Shown here in pieces: positions 25,801 to 38,366 of a stretch of DNA of 64,000 nt (position 1 is the first letter of the stretch; every line of letters begins with the position of its first letter). The stretch is from Lama glama. Lineage: Eukaryota. The DNA is taken from NCBI GenBank assembly GCA_028534125.1, contig CM052816.1, forward strand, positions 10,666,001 to 10,730,000, read 5' to 3'. The position numbers and the translations under genes were made by a program. A model generated the notes under the pieces. The model was not told where the DNA came from and ran no database searches. It worked only from the letters and a program-made list of their open reading frames with translations.

Positions 25801-26859
25801 TCATCACAATCATAGTCATCATCATTATTATCTATTGTTGTTGTCATTGAAAGATTAGGAAGACTTGGTTTCTGTTCTTTAGATGTCTGTCTAGGAGAGA
25901 AGGTGTAAACTGTGTGCAGGTGACTGATGTTGGAGAAGAAATAGAGGAATGAGACGACGTGGAAGTTGGCAGGAAGGTGAAATTTCTTCTCTGTGTGGGG
26001 ATCTGAGAAGACTCGCTGGTAGGCATTTGACATGTGGAAGCTACTGGGATTGTGCTTAACTTTAGGTGACATCTTTTGGGTCTTTTCTCTTATATCTTTT
26101 AAAGGAACCAAATCTGCTGTGTCAGTACAAAGGCTGTAAGAGAAAGTTACATGAATAGCATTGACACTTGCATGAGTTGCCTTCTCTCCAGAGACGGACA
26201 CTTGCCAGCTGCCTCCACTGCTCTGTGTTGCCTCACACGGAGGACAGGATTATGGTGGCCTGTCCTCGTGGCAAAAGGAGTAGCTGCTTGATTCATGGCT
26301 TAGTTGGGGCTATTAGATTATACTCCCAAAGGCATTTGCTAATCTGTTTAACTGAACACGGTCATTTGTCTTGTTTGCTGACTACTTAGCAGATGGATTT
26401 GTGATTTTGGTAATTACTCTATGAACGTTAATAAGACATGATATCTTTTATTAATTAGTACTTCCTGTAGTTTGTTTTTCAAAATAGCAAAAAAAAACCC
26501 AACTAGATGACTTACAAATATTAATGAGTCACAAGCTTCATTTTGCAAGATTAGCACTTGGAGGTTATTCATTCTAGAATGGTTTTCCTCTCTCGAATTT
26601 TTTACTCAAGAACAAAGACCAGGGCCATTGTATTGTACTGTGCACCCTAGAAAAGGCTAATTTGGCCCTCTCAGCCACAAACCGTTTAATTTAGCGAAGT
26701 GCTCATTTACACATTTTCCATTTTAATTCTCTCTAAAGAGGTTTTGGTGTTTAAAAGGTAAAATGCTTTCAGAGAATCTAAGTTACGCCTGAAGAATAAT
26801 TTTCTAATAGAAATAAATGAGATTTGGACCTGTTTTTCAGAAGTAGATGGATACTGCTG

Positions 26860-26906
26860 ATGTATGCGTGCGCGCGCGCACGCACACACACACACACACA
26901 CACACA
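26860..26906. repeat. Compound (GC)n(AC)n microsatellite
   Basis: atgtatgcgtgcgcgcgcgcacgcacacaca..., continuous purine-pyrimidine alternation. Confidence 0.95.
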
Positions 26907-27499
26907 GCATAATGGAACACAACAGGAATAGATTGCTAGAAGTTTCATCCTGCTCTTTGGCTCCCTCCCCTGTGGCCAGCCTCTTCCCTTCATACACACA
27001 CACCCCAGCAAGCCATTGTAAAAAGCCATTTTCTCGTAGCAACTGGCAGTCATGCCATGATACAGCAAAGAACAGCATCTCTTCTGGGGTGACTCAGTTG
27101 GAAGTACATCCAAACAAAGCAATCAGGTGGTGGGTTGTTACTGCCCTCCCAGAGGAACTCTTTTAATGACTCTTAGGAGGGTCCACTTCCTTTAAAGATC
27201 CAGATGCCTATGGTGCTTTGAACTGCCTGCCTATCCTATTGTTGACAGCTTCACCAAGCCCTTCCTGCCCCCACTGTGTGCTTCACACTTAGCAGGCAGG
27301 GCTGGGGTAGGCTTTCTAGTGCATGGGGAAGGCAACCTGTGCTACAAGCAGTTACAGTCCCTGCCGCTGGTCACTATTTAGGGGCCGATGGGACACCCAC
27401 CTGCTTTTGCACTAAACTTACATCAGCAAATAGACTCAGAGGAGGAGACTGCTCATCTCTCTGTTCAATTACCTTTTCAGGAACTCAAATAAACCCTAT

Positions 27500-27750
27500 T
27501 ACAATAATTACTGTAACTTTCGTTTATTAAGTGCTGATTAAATGCCACACATTATGCTAAGCACTTTCCACACATTTTCTCACTTACTTCTTGCCAAAAA
27601 CCTTTAGTAATTGTATTTATAAGCCCATTTTATAGATGAGCAAATTCAGGATTGAGATATTAAATGACCTGTTGAGGTATGAAGCAGCAGAGCTGTAAAG
27701 GGACTGCCATCATGTACAAACTGGTCTAACAATCTTGAAAGCCAGTGTTC
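27500..27750 (-). mobile_element. MIR
   Basis: tttattaagtgct...tgctaagcacttt...cccattttatagatgagcaaatt. Confidence 0.75.
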
Positions 27751-28084
27751 AATCCAGTGGCCATTTTTTTTCTTATTACCAGCCACAAAATTGGAACTCC
27801 TCAGCTTTTTTCATCTTTTGAGTTGCTCTTCTGGCAAAATCTACAAATTAAACATTGGGCTGTTCACCTGACCACGTAGCAAGGATCTGGAGATACTGGT
27901 TGGCTGTCCGTGGGGATGTCTTTACAAAGTGTGTCCAGCTGGGACAGGAGAATCGTTCATCCACACCCTGTTAAAAGTATGTGTGAACACAATTGGCTGC
28001 TGCCTCACAGCAGTGGATATCGTTGTGGGAGACAGTGGAGATGCTCTCGCATGTCTCATCTGGGTGGTCTGTTGCTCTGGCTCT

Positions 28085-28098
28085 GTTGCCTAGGCAAC
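28085..28098. promoter_or_regulatory. Perfect palindromic RFX X-box motif
   Basis: GTTGCCTAGGCAAC in non-repeat sequence; function not shown. Confidence 0.5.
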
Positions 28099-28424
28099 CT
28101 CTCTCAGAAGGTGAAAAACTCACTTTCTCTTTTTCCATCTAGATCTGTGAGGAGGACTAAAAGAGCTATCGGTTGCCTGTTATCCACTACCACCTAGTTG
28201 AGAGACAGTAACAATATTTGGAGAAAGCACACCGTGGTACCCAGGGTGCAAAAAGATTCAAAGTCTCCCAGCTTCTCTCAGGTAGCTCTGAAACCAGATG
28301 GGAGAAAGATCATCCCCCTGATTCCCAGCAGCTTTTTCTACCAATTTTTTTCGCTAAGATAAATATTTTATAGTAATTGTCTTTATTTTTTCTGTTAGAG
28401 CTGGAGGAAGTTCTGAGAAGGCAT

Positions 28425-28640
28425 TGCCATGGAATGACTGTGAACATGGGTATGAGAGTCAGTCTTGGGTTCCAGCCTTGTCATCACTATTTGGGAACTG
28501 TGTGTCTTTTGGCAAGTTACTGAACCACTCTTAACCTGTTTCCTCATCTGTGAAATGGAAATGCTCATATACAGATTTTGCATATACTAATTGATTTCCA
28601 TGTGTGTATTCAGGGTCTACTCATGTGGTAGGCATTCAGC
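28425..28640 (+). mobile_element. MIR
   Basis: ttggcaagttactgaaccactcttaacctgtttcctcatctgtgaaatgg. Confidence 0.8.
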
Positions 28641-28669
28641 TAGATGGTAGGGAAACAACTGTGGAGAAG

Positions 28670-29160
28670 AAGGTATGGTGCCTGCCAGCCTTCACAAAGG
28701 TTAAATCTGGCAGGAACGGTTGTATGTAACTAATCACTGCAGCTATGGCGTTATAAAAGAGGAAGCAGAATGAATCATGGAAAAGACAACAAAGAACCCA
28801 ACCTAGTTTGTGTGGATGGGAAACAGGCTTCCTCAAGAAAAAGATATGCAAGGTCTGAAAGGAAGTTTGAGTTAGCCAGGTTAAGGGTGAAAGAAATATG
28901 GTTGCCAGGGAATGTATTTAAAGTCCTATCAGTAACAGGGAACACTAAACATAGAAAGAACCAGAAGTGTTTGAGTACAGATGAGACCAGACCATTCAAG
29001 TGAGGTGCAGAGTGGTTTAAGATGAGGTTGAGAGAGAGGCGAAGGGTGGAGTCTTTCCATCCTTGATGGAGTATTAGTGTCTCATAAGCTATGTTAAGAC
29101 ATGGAGACTTTGCCTGAAAGGTAATGGGAAGTCCTTAAGGGGTTTAAATGGGAGTGACGT
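28670..29160 (-). mobile_element. L2 fragment
   Basis: caggcttcctcaagaaaa...gagttagccagg; ggtaatgggaagtccttaaggggtttaa. Confidence 0.6.
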
Positions 29161-29359
29161 GTAAAGGAATTATGAGGACTGAGTAAAATAATACACTCAA
29201 AGTCTTAGCGTAGTGTTACTATCTAGCCACCTCTTAATAAATGGTGGGTACTATCATTATCATCATCTGCTTTCAGTTAAAAGGAAAAATAAATCCTCCC
29301 AGGTACTACAGAAAGAGACTTAAAAGTCATTTGTTATGGAGCAAACATGGTAATTACAG

Positions 29360-29720
29360 TTTTTTAAAAAAAATTTTATTGAAGTATGGTTGACTTACAA
29401 TGTTTGTTTCAAGTGTACAACAAAGTCATTCAGGTATACATATACATACATGAATTTTTTTTCTTTTCAGATTCTTTTCCACTATATGTTATTATAAGAA
29501 ATTGAATATAGTTCCCTGTGCTATACAGAAGGTCCTTGGTTTGTTATTTTATATGTAGTAACATGTGTCTGTTAATCCCCAGCTCCTAGTTTATCCTTCC
29601 CCACCCTTTCCCCTTTGGTAACTATAGCTTGTTTTCTATGTCCTTGAGTCTGTTTTCGGTTTGTAAATAGAATTTGTATCATTTTTTTAGATTCTACATA
29701 TAAGTGATATCACATGATTT
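29360..29720 (-). mobile_element. L1 3' end, artiodactyl-type
   Basis: ttttattgaagtatggttgacttacaa...gttccctgtgctatacag...tagattctacatataagtgatatc. Confidence 0.9.
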
Positions 29721-29745
29721 TTAAAATATTTTTATATGGCCCATC

Positions 29746-29834
29746 TTTTTTTTTTTCAGTGGAGGCACTGGGGATTGAACCCAAGATTTCATGCATGTCA
29801 TGCATACACTCTTCCACTGAGCTGTACCCTTCCC
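29746..29834 (-). mobile_element. tRNA-derived SINE, camelid vic-1 type
   Basis: Reverse complement gggaagggtacagctcagtggaagag...gggttcaatccccagtgcctcc plus A tail; Pol III A and B boxes. Confidence 0.85.
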
Positions 29835-31989
29835 ACTGAATATGGTAATCTCAAAAGTCAGGTAAAACCATTCTCAGCGTGCAGAAGAGGTGGGAAGCCC
29901 AAAAGTGGAATTCTCCTCCTGTCTATTTTTCCTCCTGATTCTCTGCATCTCTGCCTGGCTCCCTCCTCCGTGAATTCACATGCTTATTAAGCAGTGAAGT
30001 CATCATTCTTTCTGACAGTTCTGTCATTTTCATATGGCTTCCTTGCTGGAGCCTGAATACAAAAATGCAGGTGGACCAGATTATCTGTTTTCTAGAAAAG
30101 GCAAAGGGCCAGAGGGTGGGGGTGAGAAGAGGGGTACATTCTAACGCACAAAGTTTGAGAGCACACCTGTGGAAAGCTCAGGTCGGTTGCACAATAACAC
30201 AGATCCATATGTGTTTTAGATGAATAACCTTTGTTTTGACTGAAGGGAGATGTCACATTGCTTGGCATTTTACTATTAAACAAATACCTTGCATCTTTGG
30301 AGAGCAAATATCTTGACAGGGCTTGGTGAAAGGTGAGGAAAGAAGAATTTAACAGTTCTAAGTTCATTAGACTGGTCACTTTCCTTGTCCTCGGATCTTG
30401 CTACATCTAGGAGACAAAATAGGATTGGACCAAAGGATTGAGATGGATGAAGTTGGCAGTCACTGTGGTATTAGAATATGGACTAGGTGCCAGGAGACCA
30501 ATGATTTATTTATTTGTCATCCTCCTTGCTCATAAAAGAATGTGAAGGGACCACATGGATGAGGTTCTGAAACCAACTGCCATGAATGGTATGTCCTTGG
30601 CAATAATTTTGAACCTGTCTATCAATCAGGATCCTTGCCTGTAAAATGAATTTCTTAATTGCACACAGGATAATTGATAGACACCAATGCATAGGACAGT
30701 TTTTTTTTTTTGCTCTGAAGAATGTAGTATGAGGAATGACCCTGCCCTGAGGCACCTACAGGCACTTGGTGAGAAAAAAACAAATACAGATCATGACAGT
30801 CCAGGAGAGCATACAGCAAGAATCAAAGAGGGGCGACAGAAAACAACATCACGGTTACTCAGGTGAATGAAAGAAGTCAGTTTAGCTGTGACATGTGACT
30901 TGTAGTCAGATGAATCTGGCTTAGGATACTGGCTCTGTCCCATACTAGCTGGGAGCATTCATTCATTTATTCATATATCTTGAATGCCAATCATATACCA
31001 GATAATTGGGTTTGACTCTAGGGGTACAGAGACCAAGACAGAGAAAGAAGGACAAAGGGAGATGGCTTGCTTTATTTCTCTGTCCTTCTCTGCCAGCTCT
31101 GCATACTTGTAATCATTTGATTAACTACATCTATGATGAGACCATACTATACCTTCAGAAAGATAGAACATTCTAAAAAAAAAAAGATAGGTAACATCTG
31201 CTTAGAATTTCCTTTTTTATTCTTCTGAATTGGAAAGAACTGAAGTAACTCAGATACCTTTTAAAAATATTAACCTGTTGCGTCTTTTGGTTGTGAATAC
31301 TGTGGTGTTGATAACAGATATTCGAGTACCAACTATGGGCCAGATGTTGTATGAACCACTTCAAAGTGAGTACAGTTATTTTCCTTTAGGGAGATTATAC
31401 TAGAGCAATGTCTTCAAAGAGCTTTCTGTGGGAAGCATAGCTTGCCCCAAAGTGTGAAAGCCACGTGTCTGACAAGCCCAGTTTCTAAAAGCAGGACTTC
31501 TTTACCATCCTTGGAAGGGTGAGAGGCATTTGGGGTAGGGAGGTGTCCCTTTTCTTAAAAGACTTTTATTGCCAAAAGGGATGAGGAGAGAAGGAGGAAG
31601 TAACAGTGTTGAGATGGAGATTTTCTTTGTTTTGTTTTTGTTATTAACTTTAAATAATTTACAAGGAGGAGACAAGCACAAGAATGGGGGCAGAAGGGAA
31701 GGAGCCAACTGCCGTTGATTTTTTTTCTATACTGGCCCAGAATATAGCACAATATATGAACCAAACCAAATACTGTCAGGGAACAAAGGGCAGTTAATCA
31801 ATGAGTAGGTCATGAAGGAGGTGTAGTGATCAGAGCAGATCCTCCTCTAAGTCTGCACCTGGACGTGGCAGCCAAATTCAGGGTAAAGGAACAGCAGCTT
31901 CATGACATTGCCTTAAAGCCTAGGGGACTGAAATGTCACATAGTGGAAATTGTTATGAAGAAATGGCGATGGGGGAAGGGGTATGTATT

Positions 31990-32024
31990 TGTGTGTGTGT
32001 GTGTGTGTGTGCGCGCGCGCGCGC
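31990..32024. repeat. Compound (GT)10(GC)7 microsatellite
   Basis: Directly visible. Confidence 0.95.
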
Positions 32025-32069
32025 CCGTAGGGAGGATGACTTTGTGCTGATGAGGTGGGAGAGGGGGAA

Positions 32070-32465
32070 CTAGACGTGCAAAGGGCTGTGGGAAGAATGT
32101 TTTCAGTTGAATGCCAGAGTAAGCAATATGGATTTTATCCTGAGCACCAGGGGAAGACAATGGAGGATTTTCAGTACAACGGCGTGATCCAATTCACATT
32201 TTTTTTCTAAATGTGTTTCTCTTGCTGCTTGGCAGAGCAGGCCCAGGGCAAACGTGGGAGCAGGAAGACCAGTGAGAAGGCTGTTACTTCCTCATGGAGG
32301 TGGTGATGATGGTGGCTCGGACCAGAGCAGTGGCAGTGAAGATGGATAAGGCCATGTTTGAGAGCTATGTAGGAAGTAGAACCACAGGATTTGCTGATAA
32401 ATTAGATACGAAGGAAAGGAGAAGGAGGAAGGAAAAAGTGACATCTTGGATTTTAGTTCTGGAAT
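32070..32465 (-). mobile_element. L2 fragment
   Basis: tggattttatcctgag, gcaggaagaccagtgagaaggctgtt, gtagaaccacaggatttgctgat. Confidence 0.75.
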
Positions 32466-33694
32466 GCATCTCTTTTAACTGAAACTGAAAATGGCCTTTG
32501 TGGAAGCCACTGGTGGTTCTAATGCCTAGAGGAGTGGACTACTTAGAAAGATGCTTTTGAGCTAGAGAGGGACTTTAGGTGCCTGGGGCTCAAACTGTGC
32601 CACGTAAGAGACACCAACTCCTACTAGGTCTCTTTGGAGCTCATTTTAGGATGCTAGATCTGCTTTATGCATCTCCAAGTAGTCAAAGAAGATGGCTTTG
32701 TTCATAAAACCCAACCCTATAATATTTATTCACCAGCATATGACCTTTATTCTTTGCCAGTGTCCCTATCCACAGATGTTTCATACTTAAGTTAGGGCCA
32801 ACCTGGCCAACAACATTTTTGTGTGTGACAACAGCTTCATTACCCCATTTGGTATCTATTTGGTCCCCAGATTTGGAGTATTTTCTTTAGTGGGATGTAC
32901 CAGATCAAGTTTGGAGATAATTGTGAACACATCCTAAAGATAGAGATTACCAGAGATGAGAGATGGTGCCCAGGAAGACATACAGATCATTAACTTTGGG
33001 CGTGACCTTTATACAGGTGGTAATAAGGGGCGAGGATGCAATCCAGTGGGACAGTTGTGTCAATACAGCCTCCCTAACCCCTGCTTCCCAGAGGACCCCG
33101 TGGATGGTTTCCTCCAGCCCAGGTTACACGAGCTTGATGAACACAAACCACATGGCTTCTTTTGCATTTTGTGTCGCTCATGCTAGAAGGCCCTCTTTAG
33201 GGGAAGGAGAACATATACTGCAATAAATCTTTAAAAGTATTGTAACGTTCAAAATGTCAATATTAGTTTGAGATGATTGCATCATTTTCTGAAATAATGG
33301 TTTGTGCGAGGGATGTCAAGAATTATAATTAATTTACATATGCATTTAAGTCCACTTTCAAAGAAACCCTCTTTTCTCTTTCAAACATTGGAAATTAAAC
33401 ATTTATACTTGTTGTGATTTCATATATACATAGTTAATATTGCCTCTCAAATCCACCTGCTTGCCACCATATGTCACTCTCTTTGCTGATTCTTCATAAC
33501 AAATAGATTTGGAGCTAGGTGAGCCCCTGCTGACAATCCTGCCAGAGACCTCGTACGTGGGGATCAGGAAGCTCTGAGCTAGTCCCACGTCAGTAGAACA
33601 TAAGAGGTAAATGAGACATAGACAGTCTCATTGCTTGAAAGGATGTCTTCTTGCAGTTTAATTCATAAAAGTATTTAAGAGTTTAATCTATTTG

Positions 33695-33798
33695 TTTATT
33701 TTCCTTTTTTATTGAAGCATAGCTGATTTACAGTGCTGTGTTAGTTTCTGGTGCATGGCATAGTGATTGTTATACATACTCCTTTTCATATTCTTTTT
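33695..33798 (-). mobile_element. Very short L1 3' end
   Basis: tttattgaagcatagctgatttacagtgctgtgttagtttctggtg. Confidence 0.8.
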
Positions 33799-35414
33799 TA
33801 AGAGCTCAGCTTTAGTTCTTGAACTTGAATTACTGAGTGGTAACAGAAATATATTTATTGCATTTATTTGAGATTATGGCCAAGTTCCTCAAATTCTCCA
33901 TGTCTCAATTCAATTTCATCTTTTCAGGATAGAGACAATTGTCTAAATCACGAACCGTGCCCTGTGGGGTCTTTGGGTTCAGGGCTCTAAGAGAGTGGGA
34001 GGATGCAGGAGTTGTTTTAATGTGACAAGTTTAGACAGATCCTTAAAAACCAGAAATCAGAAGGTAGAGAGGTCTAGGGTGCAAAGAGATTTTTAAGTCT
34101 TCCTAGAAACACATACTGGCCTCTGTTTCTTTCCATTCTAACTAAGCAGAGAACTTTCTTAAGTGTTTCTGCCTTGGCTGTAGGGCTAGTTTGAAACTTA
34201 GACTGAAATGACCACTCAAATGGGAGACAATAAGCCCCACGGATTTTTGCCTCTCTTCCTTGAACATAAGTCCCCCTCCTCCAAGCCAGTTGCATGTGAA
34301 GATGTCTTTTCCAAACCACCAATCCTCCTTTCCCTCTGCCTTCTCCACCTCCCAAATAATGATACCAAGAACAAGCATGTATTTAGCATTATCTTTGTTT
34401 TAAGTGGTTGGCTCTCACTGTGCTTCTGAACTCATAGTAAACAGATGCTTGCAGTCAAATATAAACTCAGTCTTGCTTCTAAAACACTTTGCCCTCTGAG
34501 CAGGCAGTCTCCACAGGACAACTGCATTTCAAGAATGGCCTGAAATGAAGCGTTAGGCAGGTATCTGACTACAGGGCTGAGCACGTGGTGTTTTTAGCAA
34601 CATTTCCTGCCTGTGATGTGAGAGTTTCTTGCATACAGATAGGATTTAAACATGTGGAACTCAGTATATAATCCCCCAAAGAGCATGGGATTTGTCTTCT
34701 TTCCTAATATTTTTCCATACCAAGGTAGTACTTGCACATTGGTGGTTTTATATGAATGAATGAATGAATGAACAAATGCATGAACGAATAGTTGAAAGAA
34801 TAAGAAATTGGAGCCAATGTCACATCTTTATGAAAGCACAGAATGCCTCAACATCCTTCGTTCATCTTTTCTGTCTGGCACTGAGAATATTGGTTTTCTT
34901 CCCTCTACTCTCTGAGTATATAACTCCTACTATTCTTCAGGTATTAGCTCAAAAAGGTCACCATCTTCAGGAAGTGGCTGTTGATTCCTTAAATGAGAAG
35001 ATTCCTCTCCTTAGACTATCCTGTCACCTCTCTTAGAAAACTTACCATACACTGTCTTAAATCCGGGCTCTGTGTGTGTAGGTTGTCCCCCACAATGCAG
35101 GGAGAACCCTAAGTGCAAAGAGTGTACCTTTATTCTCTATGTTTACCCAGCCAAGCTTAATGTGCTGCCCAATGGAGGTGCTCAACAATCACTAATGAAC
35201 TAAGAAATATACAAAGAAGGTGACTGCATGTGGAAGAAAATAGGACTGAAGTGTGGCCATGTAGAGAGAGGACTCATTGGGCTCACTAGGAGGAAAAACA
35301 GGCAGTAAGAACGTTGATATAAAAGGCAGTGTTCTCCCGCATGAGGTAGCGCACGCTCTGTGCCTGGCTGATAATAGCCCTCTTAAAGATAGAGCAGTGG
35401 CAATATTATTTTTA

Positions 35415-35965
35415 TATCATTCATTAAACAATTATTTAAGGCACACTCACTGACACATTCCTGTTCTAAGCATAAATTGTTAATCAAAGCAGAAAAGGTC
35501 CCTGCTTTCTTGGAGTTTAACATCTAGTGGGAGAGAGAGACAGTAATCAAATAATCAGACAAATAAGTGCATACGTACCAATTATAACTGATTTTAAAAA
35601 CCAAGAAAGTATCTGACAGATCTGATCTAAGCCTTGAGGAAATAATGGTTGAAGTGTGCTATGAATGAAGTAGAGTTAACTCTGTCAGAAGGTATGGTAA
35701 AGCCCTTTTGACTGGGAACAGCCTATACAAAGGCCCTGTGGCAGGCAGAGGGATATGGAGCATAGTACATTCAAGAACCCAAAGGAAGACCAGTGTGTTT
35801 ACAGCAGAGCTCTCCAAATAAAGTATTAGAAGATATTGCTGGAAAGGTATGCAGAGACCAGACCGTGCTTGGCTTTGGGGAGATGTTAATGATTTTATAC
35901 TTTATTCTAAAAGGAACATAAGAAACCACTAAAAGGCTGGAGGTAACACAATCAGATTGCATGAT
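35415..35965 (-). mobile_element. L2 3' end
   Basis: cattcattaaacaattattta, ggtccctgctttcttggagttt, caaaggccctgtggcagg. Confidence 0.75.
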
Positions 35966-35975
35966 ACAACATAAT

Positions 35976-36339
35976 TGTTTTAATCAGCTTGTGTTGCCAT
36001 AATAAAATACCATGGACTGGGTGGCTTAGACGAATTTATTTCTCATAGTTCTGGAGGCTGAAAGTCTAACACCAGGGTGCTGGCATGGTTGGGTTCTGGA
36101 GAGAGCCCTCTTCCTGGCTTACAGACAGCCGCCTTCTTACTGTGTCCTCACATGGTTGAGAAAGAACAAGTACCAATCTCTTCCTCTTATCCTATCTTAG
36201 GGGACCCTACTCTCGTGACCTCATCTAACCCCTTTCATTTCCAAAGGCCCCATCTCCAAATACCATCACACTGGGGGTTAAGGTTTCAACATATGAATGA
36301 TGGGTGGGGGTTGGCACACACAACATTCAGTTCATAACA
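35976..36339 (-). mobile_element. MLT1A-like solo LTR
   Basis: TG...CA termini; atttatttctcatagttctggaggctg; 5-bp TSD ATAAT at 35971-35975 and 36340-36344. Confidence 0.92.
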
Positions 36340-36344
36340 ATAAT

Positions 36345-36730
36345 ATGCTATTAATAGGAACATCATTGAGTGCTTGCCATGTGCCCGGCAGTGTACTAAG
36401 GGCTTTCTGTGGATTATTTCATTTCATCCTCACTACCCCACCATGGGAAAGATGGCTGTTAGTAGCACCCTTTTGCCCATAAGGCAACTGATGTTCAGAA
36501 ATCTGGGCCAGGACTAGAGTGAAGCAAGCTACAAGCCTCGAACACAGAAGTTAAGGACGGAGGTACTCACTGTCAGGATCACGTCCCAACCTCAGCAGTG
36601 AACACCTCCTTTAATTTTGCATACAAGGCACCTTATTTGTCTTACTTTCTCTCAAATCTGGGTTGAGTAACCTGTCCCGGGTGACTTCACAGCTCATAAA
36701 TGATCAAACCAGGGCTATAGAGCCCCTAAA
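36345..36730 (-). mobile_element. MIR interrupted by a MER96-like hAT MITE (~36504-36660)
   Basis: MIR cattgagtgcttgccatgtgcccggc resumes at ggttgagtaacctgtcc; insert gggccaggactagagtgaagcaag...cctcctttaattttgc has remnant palindromic structure. Confidence 0.65.
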
Positions 36731-36757
36731 AATTGTTTCTATCTAAAATTTTGTGTA

Positions 36758-36930
36758 TTTTTTCCCAGTTTTATTGAGATATAATTGACACATATCAGTG
36801 TATAAGTTTAAGATGGACAGCATGATGGTTTGATTTACACATATCGGGATATGGTTACCACAGTAGGTTCGGCTAACAGCCATCTTCTCATGGAGATTCA
36901 AGTAAAGCAGAAAAGAAGGAAACAAGTTCA
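36758..36930 (-). mobile_element. L1 3' end fragment
   Basis: ccagttttattgagatataattgacacatatcagtgtataagtttaag. Confidence 0.85.
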
Positions 36931-38214
36931 TTTAAAAAATAAAAAAGAATTTCCAAATGAACACTCTGCTGCCCTCCTCACTGTTGGGCTCTCATACAAA
37001 TGAAATTATTTACAATGAAAGATTAAATTTCATATGAGGATTCAAACTGTAAATAGCTAGACACAGCTGCAATGAATTCAGAGAGTGAAAACTGATAAAA
37101 TATAGGATTCAGCCCATGGAGTGAACTATCTCGACATTATGCAGGAGATGAGAAAGAATGAGTCAAATATTTAAAAAGTAAACAGGTTTTTCCCATTAAT
37201 TTTAAGCCAACAGAATGAAAATTAAATCTTCTAGCTGCAATTAGGTAAATGGATGTCAATCAAATAGAAAACTGCTTAAGAAATTAGCCGTGAGGTAGTC
37301 CTTAATCTGTTTGGGCCTTTTTTGTGGGTTGGTAGAAATGTAATCTGTTATCAGCACAGGTATGATTGAATTATTAATAACATTGTACAAGGCCACCTAG
37401 AAACCAGAGCTTGGGGACTCTTAAATCTATTCTAATTGAAACAGAGAATCAGCAGACTGGAAAAGACCCTGGCTCTTCTCAAGATATGTCACAGTACGTG
37501 ATGTGGAGGACACGTGGGGTTTGCCACACAGTGGCAGCTGCAAGCTGACCTCTTGGCAGATTTAATCTGCAAATGGGTTCCTATTTAAGATAGTTAATGC
37601 CTTCCATCATTAAGGAGTCTTCCTTCTCTATTTTGGAAAGCCTAGTTAAAGTATTTCATGCCAAGGTATTATGCAGATTGTCTAACTAACAGGAAGATTA
37701 TGGATGCAAATAAATCAGATTTTAGAATGAAAGGTTTTACTGACCTCTTAAGAGGATAGTAATGCATGCGTAATTGTGAGGAAAATGCTCCCAGATCATC
37801 AGGATAAGAAAAGGGTCACATTGTTATTCCTTGAAGTGTATTCAGGTTAGAATCGAAATCCAGGAACACCCCAGAAGCTAATGAACTGAATTCAAGAACT
37901 GCTGAAGCTAATACTGAGTAACTCCCTCTTCCTCCTGGTTTTAATGTAGGAAGGGTATCATAGTCTAGGAGGATGGATGAGGTCCTCAAGGGACCTCCAG
38001 TAAGTCACTTAATCTCTCAGTGTAAATTTCTGTTGTGGGAATAGTTAGAGGTTAGAAACAGCTGGGGTCACTGACCCTGCTTCTTTCTGTGACCTCCACT
38101 GCCCTCTCTTCCCCCCAAAGGAACTCCTCCCCTGCTGTTACTTCTCCATGGACCACCTGCTTTTTCTTTGGTGATGGTCTCCAAGAGCTGATCCCCAGGA
38201 TCTTTAAGTAAATG

Positions 38215-38366
38215 CAGGAGGTTAGGAGTATGAGTTTTCTATTAAGGGGAACCTGGAATTGAATCTCAGGTCTGGCACTCACTAGTGTGTGTCCCTGGAC
38301 AAATTGTTCCACACTCCAGGTCATCAGTCTCTTCTCTAGAACGAGAGAACAATAATATGAACCTTA
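38215..38366 (+). mobile_element. MIR
   Basis: acctggaattgaatctcaggtctggcactcactagtgtgtgtccctggacaa. Confidence 0.65.

Noticed and set aside
29746..29834. tRNA-Ala-like genes (also at 41431, 42319, 46433)
   Set aside because: A tails, TSDs and divergence show they are SINE copies
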